A DNA stretch of 64,000 bases, taken from the NCBI RefSeq assembly GCF_009914755.1, contig NC_060948.1; one strand, given 5' to 3'. A model generated the notes under the pieces. The model searched no databases, had not been told where the DNA came from, and saw nothing but the letters and a program-made list of their open reading frames with translations. Source of the stretch: the human T2T-CHM13v2.0 reference genome, Homo sapiens. Below, one piece after another: positions 28,292 through 42,390 of the stretch (its first letter is position 1; the number at the start of each line of letters is the position of its first letter). The translations under genes were made by a program, and so were the position numbers.

Positions 28292-31200
28292 CATTGACTG
28301 GAAAGGCTGGGTGTCGAAAGGAATTGCCTCCAATGGAATGGAATCGAATGGAATGGAAGTGAATAGAATGGAACTAAATCGAATGGAATGGAATTGATAG
28401 GAACGGAATGGAAAGGAATGCAATGATTTGGCATGGAATGGAATCGAATGGCATCGAATGGAATGGAATGGAATGCAATGGAATGGAATGTATTAGAATG
28501 TAATGAACTTTAATGGAATGTACTCGAATGGATTCGACTGGAATGGAATGTTCTTGAAGTGAATGGACTCCAATGGAATGGATTCGAAAGGAATGGAATC
28601 TAATGGAATGGAATTAAATGGAAATGAATCAAATTGAATAGAACGGAATTGAATTGAATGGAATCGAATGCAATGGAATCTAATGAAACGGAAAGGAAAG
28701 GAATGGAATGGAATGGAATGGGCTGGAATGGAAAGGAATCGAAACGAATGGAATGGAATCGAACTGAAGAGACTGGAATGGAATGCACTGGAATGGAAGG
28801 GAATGTAATGGAAGGTTCTCGAAAAAAATGGAATCGAAAGGAATGGAATTGAATGGAACGGAATAGAGTCGAATGGAATTCAATGGAATGGAATGGACTA
28901 GAGTGAAATGGAATCGAACCACAAGGAATGGACAGGAATAGAATGGTCTCGAATTGAATGGAATCGTATGGAATGGCATCAAACGGAATGGAATGGACAC
29001 CCACGGAATGGAATGCACTCGAATGCAATGGAGTCGAAACTAATGGACTGGAATAGAATGGACTCGACTGGTACGGACTCCAATGGAATGGAATCGAATG
29101 GAAGGGAATCGAACGGAATGGACTCGAAGGGAAAAGACTGCAATGGAAAGGTCTCGAATGGAATGGAAATTAATGGAATCGAATGGAATCGAATGAAATG
29201 GAGTCAAAAGGAATGGAATCGAATGGCAAGAAATCGAATGTAATGGAATCGCAAGGAATTGATGTGAACGGAACGGAATGGAATGGAATCCAAAGGAATG
29301 GAATAGAATGGAATGGAATCGAATGGAAAGGACTCGAATGGCAATCACTCGAATAGATTGCAATTTAATAAAATAGGATCAAATGTAATGGAATGGAATG
29401 GAAAGGAATCGAAACGAAAGGAATGGAGACAGATGGAATGGAATGGAACAGAGAGCAATGGTATAGAATGGAATGGAATCATCTGGAATGGAATTGAATG
29501 GAATGGAATAATATGAAATGGAATGGAATGGAATGGAATGCCTTTGAATTAAATGGACTGGAATGGAATGGACTCGAACAGAGTGGAATGGAAAGTGTTG
29601 AAATAGAATGGAATGGACTCGTTTGGAATGGTCTAGTATGCAATGCAATCGACTGGCAGGGAATCAAAAGGAATGTAATCGAATGGATTGGACTGGAATG
29701 CAATGGACTCGAATAGATTGGAAACGGAAAGCAAAGGAATGGAATGGAATAGTATGGAATGGAATGGAAAGGAATGGAGTGGAATAGACTAGAGTGGAAT
29801 GGAATGGACTGGAAAGCAATGGACTGGAATGGAACTTTCTTGAATGGACTGGAATCAAACGGAATGGAATGCAATGCAATCAAATGGCATGGAATAAAAT
29901 AGAATGAAAGAGAATCAAATGGAATTGAATCGAATGGAATCGAATGGATTGGAAAGGAATAGAATGGAATGGAACGGAATTGACTCAAATGGAATGGACT
30001 AGAATGGAATGGATTCGAATGGAAGGCAAAGGAATGGAATCTATTGGAATGGACTGTAATGGAATGGAATGGAAGGGATTGGAATGGACTCGAATGGAAT
30101 GGACTGCCATAGAAAGGATTCGAATGGAATGAAAAAGAATTGAATGGAATAGAACAGAATGGAATCAAATCGAATGAAATGGAATGGAATAGAAAGGAAT
30201 GGAGTGAAATGGAATGGAAAGGATTCGAATGGAATGCAATCGAATGGAATGCAATCGAATGGAATGGAATCGAACGGAATGGAATAAAATGGAAGAAAAC
30301 TGGCAAGAAATGGAATCGAAATGAACGGAGTGTTATGGAACGGACTCAAAAGGAATTGAATGTAATAGAATGGAGTGGAGTGGACTCGAATATAATGGAC
30401 TGGAATGGAATGAAATCACATGGAATGGGAACGAATGGAATGGAATGGAAAGGAATGGAATCGAATGGAAAGGAATCGAATGGAAGGGAATGAAATTGAA
30501 TCAACAGGAATGGAAGGGAGTAGAATAGACGGTAATGGAATGGACTCGAATAGAATGGACACGAATGCTCAAATTGAATGGACTCGAATGGAATGGAAAC
30601 GAAAGGAATGTCATCGAATGGAATTGAATCGATTGGAATGAAATCACATAGAATGGAGTGGAATCAAATGGAATTGAATCGAAAGGAAAGGAAGCGAATG
30701 GACTGAAATGAAATGGAATGGAATTGAATGGAAATTAATGCAATGGAATAGAATGGAACGAAATTTCACGGAATGGAATCAAACTGAATGGAATCAAATC
30801 AATGGAATATAATCAAATGGAATGGAAAGGAATTGAATGGAGTAGATTGGATTGGATGGGATTGGAATGAAATGTACTGGAAAGGACTCGAATTTCATGA
30901 AACGGAATGGAATGAATTAGAACGGAATGGACTCGAATGGAATGGAATGTCATGGAATGGCATCAAATGGAATGGAATCGAATGCGATGGAATGCTATGG
31001 AATGGAATGGAATGCATTGGAATGGAATGTCCTCTAATGGAATGTATTCGAGTGGAATGGAATCGAATATAATGGAGTCTAATGAAATGGAATTGAAAGG
31101 AATGGGACCGAATACAATGGAATATACTGGAATGTAATGTAATGAACTCGAATGTAATTGACTGGAATGGAATGTACATGAATGGAATGTAATCGAATGG

Positions 31201-31795
31201 AAAGCAATCCAATGGAATAGAATCTAATGCAATAAAATCGACTCAAATAGAGTAGAATGTAATGAAATGGAGTGCAGTGCAATGGAATGGAATGGAATGG
31301 AATGCAATGGAATGGAATGGAATGGGATGGAATGGTATGGAATGGATAGTAATGGACTGGAGTGAAATGGACTGGAAAAGAATGGACTCAAATTGAAAGG
31401 GCTCGAAAGGAATGGAGTCAAATGGAATGGTCTGGAATGGAATGAACACGAATGTAATGCAATCCAATAGAATGGAATCGAATGGCATGGAATATAAAGA
31501 AATGGAATCGAAGAGAATGGAAACAAATGGAATGGAATTGAATGGAATGGGAACGAATGGAGTGAAATTGTATGCAGTAGAAGAGAATAGAATGGAATGC
31601 AAGCGAAAGGAAAGGAATGGATTGGAATGGAATGGAATTCATTGGAATGGAAGGGAATGTAGTGTAATGGACAGGCCTGGAATAAAGTGGAATGCTACGG
31701 TCTCGAATGGAATAAAAATGTATGGAATGGAATGCAATGAAACGGAATCGAATGTCATAGAATGTAATGGAATGCAAAAAAATGGACTCCAAAAT
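28292..31795 (+). repeat. DYZ1 unit 9 (3504 bp, shortest)
   Basis: Landmarks 28292 and 31796. Confidence 0.9.
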
Positions 31796-34700
31796 CATTG
31801 ACTGGAAAGGCTGGGTGTCGAAAGGAATTGCCTCCAATGGAATGGAATCGAATGGAATGGAAGTGAATAGAATGGAACTAAATCGAATGGAATGGAATTG
31901 ATAGGAACGGAATGGAAAGGAATGCAATGATTTGGCATGGAATGGAATCGAATGGCATCGAATGGAATGGAATGGAATGCAATGGAATGGAATGTATTAG
32001 AATGTAATGAACTTTAATGGAATGTACTCGAATGGATTCGACTGGAATGGAATGTTCTTGAAGTGAATGGACTCCAATGGAATGGATTCGAAAGGAATGG
32101 AATCTAATGGAATGGAATTAAATGGAAATGAATCAAATTGAATAGAACGGAATTGAATTGAATGGAATCGAATGCAATGGAATCTAATGAAACGGAAAGG
32201 AAAGGAATGGAATGGAATGGAATGGGCTGGAATGGAAAGGAATCGAAACGAATGGAATGGAATCGAACTGAAGAGACTGGAATGGAATGCACTGGAATGG
32301 AAGGGAATGTAATGGAAGGTTCTCGAAAAAAATGGAATCGAAAGGAATGGAATTGAATGGAACGGAATAGAGTCGAATGGAATTCAATGGAATGGAATGG
32401 ACTAGAGTGAAATGGAATCGAACCACAAGGAATGGACAGGAATAGAATGGTCTCGAATTGAATGGAATCGTATGGAATGGCATCAAACGGAATGGAATGG
32501 ACACCCACGGAATGGAATGCACTCGAATGCAATGGAGTCGAAACTAATGGACTGGAATAGAATGGACTCGACTGGTACGGACTCCAATGGAATGGAATCG
32601 AATGGAAGGGAATCGAACGGAATGGACTCGAAGGGAAAAGACTGCAATGGAAAGGTCTCGAATGGAATGGAAATTAATGGAATCGAATGGAATCGAATGA
32701 AATGGAGTCAAAAGGAATGGAATCGAATGGCAAGAAATCGAATGTAATGGAATCGCAAGGAATTGATGTGAACGGAACGGAATGGAATGGAATCCAAAGG
32801 AATGGAATAGAATGGAATGGAATCGAATGGAAAGGACTCGAATGGCAATCACTCGAATAGATTGCAATTTAATAAAATAGGATCAAATGTAATGGAATGG
32901 AATGGAAAGGAATCGAAACGAAAGGAATGGAGACAGATGGAATGGAATGGAACAGAGAGCAATGGTATAGAATGGAATGGAATCATCTGGAATGGAATTG
33001 AATGGAATGGAATAATATGAAATGGAATGGAATGGAATGGAATGCCTTTGAATTAAATGGACTGGAATGGAATGGACTCGAACAGAGTGGAATGGAAAGT
33101 GTTGAGATAGAATGGAATGGACTCCTTTGGAATGGTCTAGTATGCAATGCAATCGACTGGCAGGGAATCAAAAGGAATGTAATCGAATGGATTGGACTGG
33201 AATGCAATGGACTCGAATAGATTGGAAACGGGATGCAAAGGAATGGAATGGAATAGTATGGAATGGAATGGAAAGGAATGGAGTGGAATAGACTAGAGTG
33301 GAATGGAATGGACTGGAAAGCAATGGACTGGAATGGAACTTTCTTGAATGGACTGGAATCAAACGGAATGGAATGCAATGCAATCAAATGGCATGGAATA
33401 AAATAGAATGAGAGAGAATCAAATGGAATTGAATCGAATGGAATCGAATGGATTGGAAAGGAATAGAATGGAATGGAATGGAATGGACTCAAATGGAATG
33501 GACTAGAATGGAATGGATTCGAATGGAAGGCAAAGGAATGGAATCTATTGGAATGGACTGTAATGGAATGGAATGGAAGGGATTGGAATGGACTCGAATG
33601 GAATGGACTGCAATAGAAAGGATTCGAATGGAATGAAAAAGAATTGAATGGAATAGAACAGAATGGAATGAAATCGAATGAAATGGAATGGAATAGAAAG
33701 GAATGGAATGAAATGGAATGGAAAGGATTCGAATGGAATGCAATCGAATGGAATGGAATCGAACGGAATGGAATAAAATGGAAGAAAACTGGCAAGAAAT
33801 GGAATCGAAATGAATGGAGTGTTATGGAACGGACTCAAAAGGAATTGAATGTAATAGAATGGAGTGGAGTGGACTCGAATATAATGGACTGGAATGGAAT
33901 GAAATCACATGGAATGGGAACGAATGGAATGGAATGGAAAGGAATGGAATCGAATGGAAAGGAATCGAATGGAAGGGAATGAAATTGAATCAACAGGAAT
34001 GGAAGGGAATAGAATAGACGGTAATGGAATGGACTCGAATAGAATGGACACGAATGCTCAAATTGAATGGACTCGAATGGAATGGAAACGAAAGGAATGT
34101 CGTCGAATGGAATTGAATCGATTGGAATGAAATCGCATAGAATGGAGTGGAATCAAATGGAATTGAATCGAAAGGAAAGGAAGCGAATGGTCTGAAATGA
34201 AATGGAATGGAATTGAATGGAAAGTAATGCAAGGGAATAGAATGGAACGAAATTTCACGGAATGGAATCAAACTGAATGGAATCAAATCAATGGAATATA
34301 ATCAAATGGCATGGAAAGGAATTGAATGGAGTAGATTGGATTGGATGGGATTGGAATGAAATGTACTGGAAAGGACTCGAATTTCATGAAATGGAATGGA
34401 ATGAACTGGAACGGAATGGACTCGAATGGAATGGAATGTCATGGAATGGCATCAAATGGAATGGCATCAAATGGAATGGAATCGAATGCAATGGAATGCT
34501 ATGGAATGGAATGGAATGCATTGGAATGGAATGTCCCCTAATGGAATGGATTCGAGTGGAATGGAATCGAATATAATGGAGTCGAATGAAATGGAATTGA
34601 AAGGAAAGGGATCGAATACAATGGAATATACTGGAATGTAATGTAATGAACTCGAATGTAATTGACTAGAATGGAATGTACATGAATGGAATGTAATCGA

Positions 34701-35313
34701 ATGGAAAATAATCTCATGGAATAGAATCTAATGCAATAAAATCGACTCAAATAGAATAGAATGGAATGGAGTGGAGTGCAGTGCAATGGAATGGAATGGA
34801 ATGGAATGCAATGGAATGGAATGGAATGGGATGGAATGGTATGGGATGGATAGAAATGGACTGGAGTGAAATGGACTGGAAAGTAATGGACTCAAATTGA
34901 AAGAGCTCGAAAGAATGGAGTCAAATGGAATGGTCTGGAATGGAATGAACACGAATGTAATGCAATCCAATAGAATGGAATCGAATGGCATGGAATATAA
35001 AGAAATGGAATCGAAGAGAATGGAAACGAATGGAATGGAATTGAATGGAATGGAATTGAATGGAATGGGAACGAATGGAGTGAAATTGTATGCAGTAGAA
35101 GAGAATAGAATGGAATGCAAGCGAAATTAAAGGAATGGATTGGAATGGAATGGAATTCATTGGAATGGAAGGTAATGTATTGCAATGGACAGGCCTTTAA
35201 TAAAGTGGAATGCTACGGTCTCGAATGGAATAAAAATGTATGGAATGGAATTCAATGAAACGGAATCGAATGTCATAGAATGTAATGGAATGCAAAAAAA
35301 TGGAATCCAAAAT
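31796..35313 (+). repeat. DYZ1 unit 10 (3518 bp, mosaic)
   Basis: Landmarks 31796 and 35314. Diagnostic variants switch near 33.1, 34.1 and 34.8 kb. Confidence 0.9.
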
Positions 35314-38300
35314 CATTGACTGGAAAGGCTGGGTGTCGAAAGGAATTGACTCCAATGGAATGAAATCGAATGGAATGGAAGTGAATAGAATCGAAGTAAA
35401 TCGAATGGAATGGAATTGTTAGGAACGGAATGGAAAGGAGTGCAATGATTTGGCATGGAATGGAATCGAATGGCATTGAATGGAGTGGAATGGAATGCAA
35501 TGGAATGGAATGTATTAGAATGTAATGAACATTAATGGAATGTACTCGAATGGATTCGACTGGAATGGAATGTTCTGGAAGTGAATGGACTCCAATGGAA
35601 TGGATTCGAAAGGAATGGAATCTAATGGAATGGAATTAAATGGAAACGAATCAAATTGAATAGCACGGAATTGAATTGAATGGAATCGAATGCAATGGAA
35701 TCTAATGAAATGGAAAGGAAAGGAATGGAATGGAATGGAATGGGCTGGAGTTGAATGGAATCGATACGAATGGAATGGAATAGAACTGAAGAGACTGGAA
35801 TGGAATTCACTGGAATGGAAGGGAGTGTAATGGAAGGATCTCGAAAAAAATGGAATCGAATGGAATGGAATTGAATGGAACGGAATAGAGTCGAATGGAA
35901 TTCAATGGAATTGAATGGACTAGAGTGAAATGGAATCGAACCACAAGGAATGGACAGGAATAGAATGGTCTCGAATTGAATGGAATCGTATGGAATGACA
36001 TCAAACGGAATGGAATGGACAGCCACGGAATGGAATGCACTCGAATGCAATGGAGTCGAAACTAATGGACTGGAATAGAATGGACTCGACTGGTACGGAC
36101 TCCAATGGAATGGAATCGAAAGGAAGGGAATCGAACGGAATGGACTCGAAGGGAAAAGACTGCAATGGAAAGGTCTCGAATGGAATGGAAATTAATGGAA
36201 TGGAATGGAATCGAATGAAATGGAGTCAAAAGGAATGGAATCGAATGGCAAGAAATCGAATGTAATGGAATCGCAAGGAATTGATGTGAACGGAACGGAA
36301 TGGAATGGAATCCAAAGGAATGGAATAGAATGGAATGGAATCGAATGGAAAGGACTCGAATGGAAATCACTCGAATAGAATGCAATTTAATAAAATAGGA
36401 TCAAAAGAATGGAATGGAATGGAAAGGAATCGAAACGAAAGGAATGGAGACAGATGGAATGGAATGGAACAGAGAGCAATGGTATAGAATGGAATGGAAT
36501 CATCTGGAATGGAATTGAATGGAATGGAATAACATGAAATGGAATGGAATGGAATGGAATGCCCTTGAATTAAATGGACTGGAATGGAATGGACTCGAAC
36601 AGAGTGGAATGGAAAGTGTTGAAATAGAATGGAATGGACTCCTTTGGAATGGTCTAGTATGCAATGCAATCGACTGGCAGGGAATCAAAAGGAATGTAAT
36701 CGAATGGATTGGACTGGAATGCAATGGACTCGAATAGATTGGAAACGGAATGCAAAGGAATGGAATGGAATAGTATGGAATGGAATGGAAAGGAATGGAG
36801 TGGAATAGACTAGAGTGGAATGGAATGGACTGGAAAGCAATGGACTGGAATGGAACTTTCTTGAATGGACTGGAATCAAACGGAATGGAATGCAATGCAA
36901 TCAAATGGCATGGAATCAAATGGAATGAAAGGGAATCAAATGGAATTGAATCGAATGGAATCGAATGGATTGGAAAGGAATAGAATGGAATGGAATGGAA
37001 TTGACTCAAATGGAATGTACTAGAATGGAATGGATTCGAATGGAAGGCAAAGGAATGGAATCTATTGGAATGGACTGTAATGGAATGGAATGGAAGGGAT
37101 TGGAATGGACTCGAATGGAATGGACTGCAATAGAAAGGATTCGAATGGAATGAAAAAGAATTGAATGGAATAGAACAGAATGGAATCAAATCGAATGAAA
37201 TGGAGTGGAATAGAAAGGAATGGAATGAAATGGAATGGAAAGGATTCGAATGGAATGCAATCGAATGGAATGGAATCGAATGGAATGGAATAAAGTGGAA
37301 GAAAACTGGCAAGAAATGGAATCGAAATGAATGGAGTGTTATGGAACGGACTCAAAAGGAATTGAATGTAATAGAATGGAGTGGAGTGGACTCGAATATA
37401 ATGGACTGGAATGGAATGAAATCACATGGAATGGGAACGAATGGAATGGAATGGAAAGGAATGGAATCGAATGGAAAGGAATCGAATGGAAGGGAATGAA
37501 ATTAAATCAACAGGAATGGAAGGGAATAGAATAGACGGTAATGGAATGGACTCGAATAGAATGGACACGAATGCTCAAATTGAATGGACTCGAATGGAAT
37601 GGAAACGAAAGGAATGTCATCGAATGGAATTGAATCGATTGGAATGAAATCGCATAGAATGGAGTGGAATCAAATGGAATTGAATCGAAAGGAAAGGAAG
37701 CGAATGGACTGAAATGAAATGGAATGGAATTGAATGGAAAGTAATGCAATGGAATAGAATGGAACGAAATTTCACGGAATGGAATCAAACTGAATGGAAT
37801 CAAATCAATGGAATCTAATCAAGTGGAAAGGAAAGGAATTGAATGGAGTAGATTGGATTGGATGGGATTGGAATGAAATGTACTGGAAAGGACTCGAGTT
37901 TCATGAAACGGAATGGAATGAATTGGAACGGAATGGACTCGAATGGAATGGAATGTCATGGAATGGCATCAAATGGAATGGCATCAAATGGAATGGAATC
38001 GAATGCAATGGAATGCTATGGAATGGAATTGAATGCATTGGAATGGAATGTCCTCTAATGGAATAGATTCGAGTGGAATGGAATCGAATATAATGGAGTC
38101 GAATGAAATGGAATTGAAAGGAATGGGATCGAATACAATGGAATATACTGGAATGTAATGTAATGAACTCGAATGTAATTGACTGGAATGGAATGTACAT
38201 GAATGGAATGTAATCGAATGGAAAGTAATCCAATGGAATAGAATCTAATGCAATAAAATCGACTCAGATAGAGTAGAATGTAATGGAATTGAGTGCAGTG

Positions 38301-38851
38301 CAATGGAATGGAATGGAATGGAATGCAATGGAATGGAATGGAATGGAAAGGAATGGAATGGAATGGGATGGAATGGTATGGAATGGATAGTAATGGACTG
38401 GAGTGAAATGGACTGGAAATGAATGGACTCAAATTGAAAGGGCTCGAAAGGAATGGAGTCAAAAGGAATGGTCTGGAATGGAATGAACACGAATGTAATG
38501 CAATCCAATAGAATGGAATCGAATGGCATGGAATATAAAGAAATGGAATCGAAGAGAATGGAAACAAATGGAATGGAATTGAATGGAATGGAATTGAATG
38601 GAATGGGAACGAATGGAGTGAAATTGTATGCAGTAGAAGAGAATAGAATGGAATGCAAGCGAAAGGAAAGGAATGGATTGGAATGGAATGGAATTCATTG
38701 GAATGGAAGGGAATGTAGTGTAATGGACAGGCCTGGAATAAAGTGGAATGCTACGGTCTCCAATGGAATAAAAATGTATGGAATGGAATGCAATGAAACG
38801 GAATCGAATGTCATAGAATATAATGGAATGCAAAAAAATGGAATCCAAAAT
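35314..38851 (+). repeat. DYZ1 unit 11 (3538 bp)
   Basis: Landmarks 35314 and 38852. Confidence 0.9.
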
Positions 38852-41800
38852 CATTGACTGGAAAGGCTGTGTGTCGAAAGGAATTGACTCCAATGGAATG
38901 GAATCGAATGGAATGGAAGTGAATAGAATGGAACTAAATCGAATGGAATGGAATTGATAGGAACGGAATGGAAAGGAATGCAATGATTTGGCATGGAATG
39001 GAATCGAATGGCATCGAATGGAATGGAATGGAATGCAATGGAATGGAATGTATTAGAATGTAATGAACTTTAATGGAATGTACTCGAATGGATTCGACTG
39101 GAATGGAATGTTCTGGAAGTGAATGGACTCCAATGGAATGGATTCAAAAGGAATGGAGTCGTACGGAATGGAATCTAATGGAATGGAATTAAATGGAAAT
39201 GAATCAAATTGAATAGAACGGAATTGAATTGAATGGAATCGAATGCAATGGAATCTAATGAAACGGAAAGGAAAGGAATGGAATGGAATGGAATGGGCTG
39301 GAATGGAAAGGAATCGAAACGAATGGAATGGAATCGAACTGAAGAGACTGGAATGGAATGCACTGGAATGGAAGGGAGTGTAATGGAAGGTTCTCGAAAA
39401 AAATGGAATCGAATGGAATGGAATTGAGTGGAACGGAATAGAGTCGAATGGAATTGAATGGAATGGAATGGACTAGAGTGAAATGGAATCGAACCACAAG
39501 GAATGGACAGGAATAGAATGGTCTCGAATTGAATGGAATCGTATGGAATGGCATCAAACGGAATGGAATGGACAGCCACGGAATGGAATGCACTCGAATG
39601 CAATGGAGTCGAAACTAATGGACTGGAATAGAATGGACTCGACTGGTACGGACTCCAATGGAATGGAATCGAATGGAAGGGAATCGAACGGAATGGACTC
39701 GAAGGGAAAAGACTGCAATGGAAAGGTCTCGAATGGAATGGAAATTAATGGAATGGAACGGAATCGAATGAAATGGAGTCAAAAGGAATGGAATCGAATG
39801 GCAAGAAATCGAATGCAATGGAATCGCAAGGAATTGATGTGAACGGAACGGAATGGAATGGAATCCAAAGGAATGGAATAGAATGGAATGGAATCGAATG
39901 GAAAGGACTCGAATGGAAATCACTCGAACAGAATGCAATTTAATAAAATAGGATCAAATGTAATGGAATGGAATGGAAAGGAATCGAAACGAAAGGAATG
40001 GAGACAGATGGAATGGAATGGAACAGAGAGCAAAGGTATAGAATGGAATGGAATCATCTGGAATGGAATTGAATGGAATGGAATAATATGAAATGGAATG
40101 GAATGGAATGGAATGCCCTTGAATTAAATGGACTGGAATGGAATGGACTCAAACAGAGTGGAATGGAAAGTGTGGATATAGAATGGAATGAACTCCTTTG
40201 GAATGGTCTAGTAGACAATGCAATCGACTGGCAGGGAATCAAAAGGAATGTAATCGAATGGATTGGACTGGAATGCAATGGACTCGAATAGATTGGAAAC
40301 GGAATGCAAAGGAATGGAATGGAATAGTATGGAATGGTATGGAAAGGAATGGAGTGGAATAGAATAGAGTGGAATGGAATGGACTGGAAAGCAATGGACT
40401 GGAATGGAACATTCTTGAATGGACTGGAATCAAACGGAATGGAATGCAATGCAATCAAATGGCATGGAATAAAATAGAATGAAAGAGAATCAAATGGAAT
40501 TGAATCGAATGGAATCGAATGGATTGGAAAGGAATAGAATGGAATGGAATGGAATTGACTCAAATGGAATGGACTAGAATGGAATGGATTCGAATGGAAG
40601 GCAAAGGAATGGAATCTATTGGAATGGACTGTAATGGAATGGAATGGAAGGGATTGGAATGGACTCGAATGGAATGGACTGCAATAGAAAGGATTCGAAT
40701 GGAATGAAAAAGAATTGAATGGAATAGAACAGAATGGAATCAAATCGAATGAAATGGAATGGAATAGAAAGGAATGGAATGAAATGGAATGGAAAGGATT
40801 CGAATGGAATGCAATCGAATGGAATGGAATCGAACGGAATGGAATAAAATGGAAGAAAACTGGCAAGAAATGGAATCGAAATGAATGGAGTGTTATGGAA
40901 CGGACTCAAAAGGAATTGAATGTAATAGAATGGAGTGGAGTGGACTCGAATATAATGGACTGGAATGGAATGAAATCACATGGAATGGGAACGAATGGAA
41001 TGGAATGGAAAGGAATGGAATCGAATGGAAAGGAATCGAATGGAAGGGAATGAAATTGAATCAACAGGAATGGAAGGGAATAGAATAGACGGTAATGGAA
41101 TGGACTCGAATAGAATGGACACGAATGCTCAAATTGAATGGACTCGAATGGAATGGAAACGAAAGGAATGTCATCGAATGGAATTGAATCGATTGGAATG
41201 AAATCGCATAGAATGGAGTGGAATCAAATGGAATTGAATCGAAAGGAAAGGAAGCGAATGGACTGAAATGAAATGGAATGGAATTGAATGGAAAGTAATG
41301 CAATGGAATAGAATGGAACGAAATTTCACGGAATAGAATCAAACTGAATGGAATCAAATCAATGGAATCTAATCAAATGGAATGGAAAGGAATTGAATGG
41401 AGTAGATTGGATTGGATGGGATTGGAATGAAATGTACTGGAAAGGACTCGAATTTCATGAAACGGAATGGAATGAATTGGAACGGAATGGACTCGAATGG
41501 AATGGAATGTCATGGAATGGCATCAAATGGAATGGCATCAAATGGAATGGAATCGAATGCAATGGAATGCTATGGAATGGAATTGAATGCATTGGAATGG
41601 AATGTCCTCTAATGGAATGGATTCGAGTGGAATGGAATCGAATATAATGGAGTCGATTGAAATGGAATTGAAAGGAATGGGATCGAATACAATGGAATAT
41701 ACTGGAATGTAATGTAATGAACTTGAATGTAATTGACTGGAATGTAATGTACATGAATGGAATGTAATCGAATGGAAAGTAATCCAATGGAATAGAATCT

Positions 41801-42390
41801 AATGCAATAAAATCGACTCAGATAGAGTAGAATGTAATGGAATGGAGTGCAGTGCAATGGAATGGAATGGAATGGAATGCAATGGAATGGAATGGAATGG
41901 AATGGAATGGAATGGTGTGGAATGGATAGTAATGGACTGGAGTGAAATGGACTGGAAATGAATGGACTCAAATTGAAAGGGCTCGAAAGGAATGGAGTCA
42001 AATGGAATGGTCTGGAATGGAATGAACACGAATGTAATGCAATCCAATAGAATGGAATCGAATGGCATGGAATATAAAGAAATGGAATCGAAGAGAATGG
42101 AAACAAATGGAATGGAATTGAATGGAATGGAATTGAATGGAATGGGAACGAATGGAGTGAAATTGTATGCAGTAGAAGAGAATAGAATGGAATGCAAGCG
42201 AAAGGAAAGGAATGGATTGGAATGGAATGGAATTCATTGGAATGGAAGGGAATGTAGTGTAATGGACAGGCCTGTAATAAAGTGGAATGCTACGGTCTCG
42301 AATGGAATAAAAATGTATGGAATGGAATGCAATGAAACGGAATCGAATGTCATAGAATGTAATGGAATGCAAAAAAATGGAATCCAAAAT
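38852..42390 (+). repeat. DYZ1 unit 12 (3539 bp)
   Basis: Landmarks 38852 and 42391. Confidence 0.9.
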
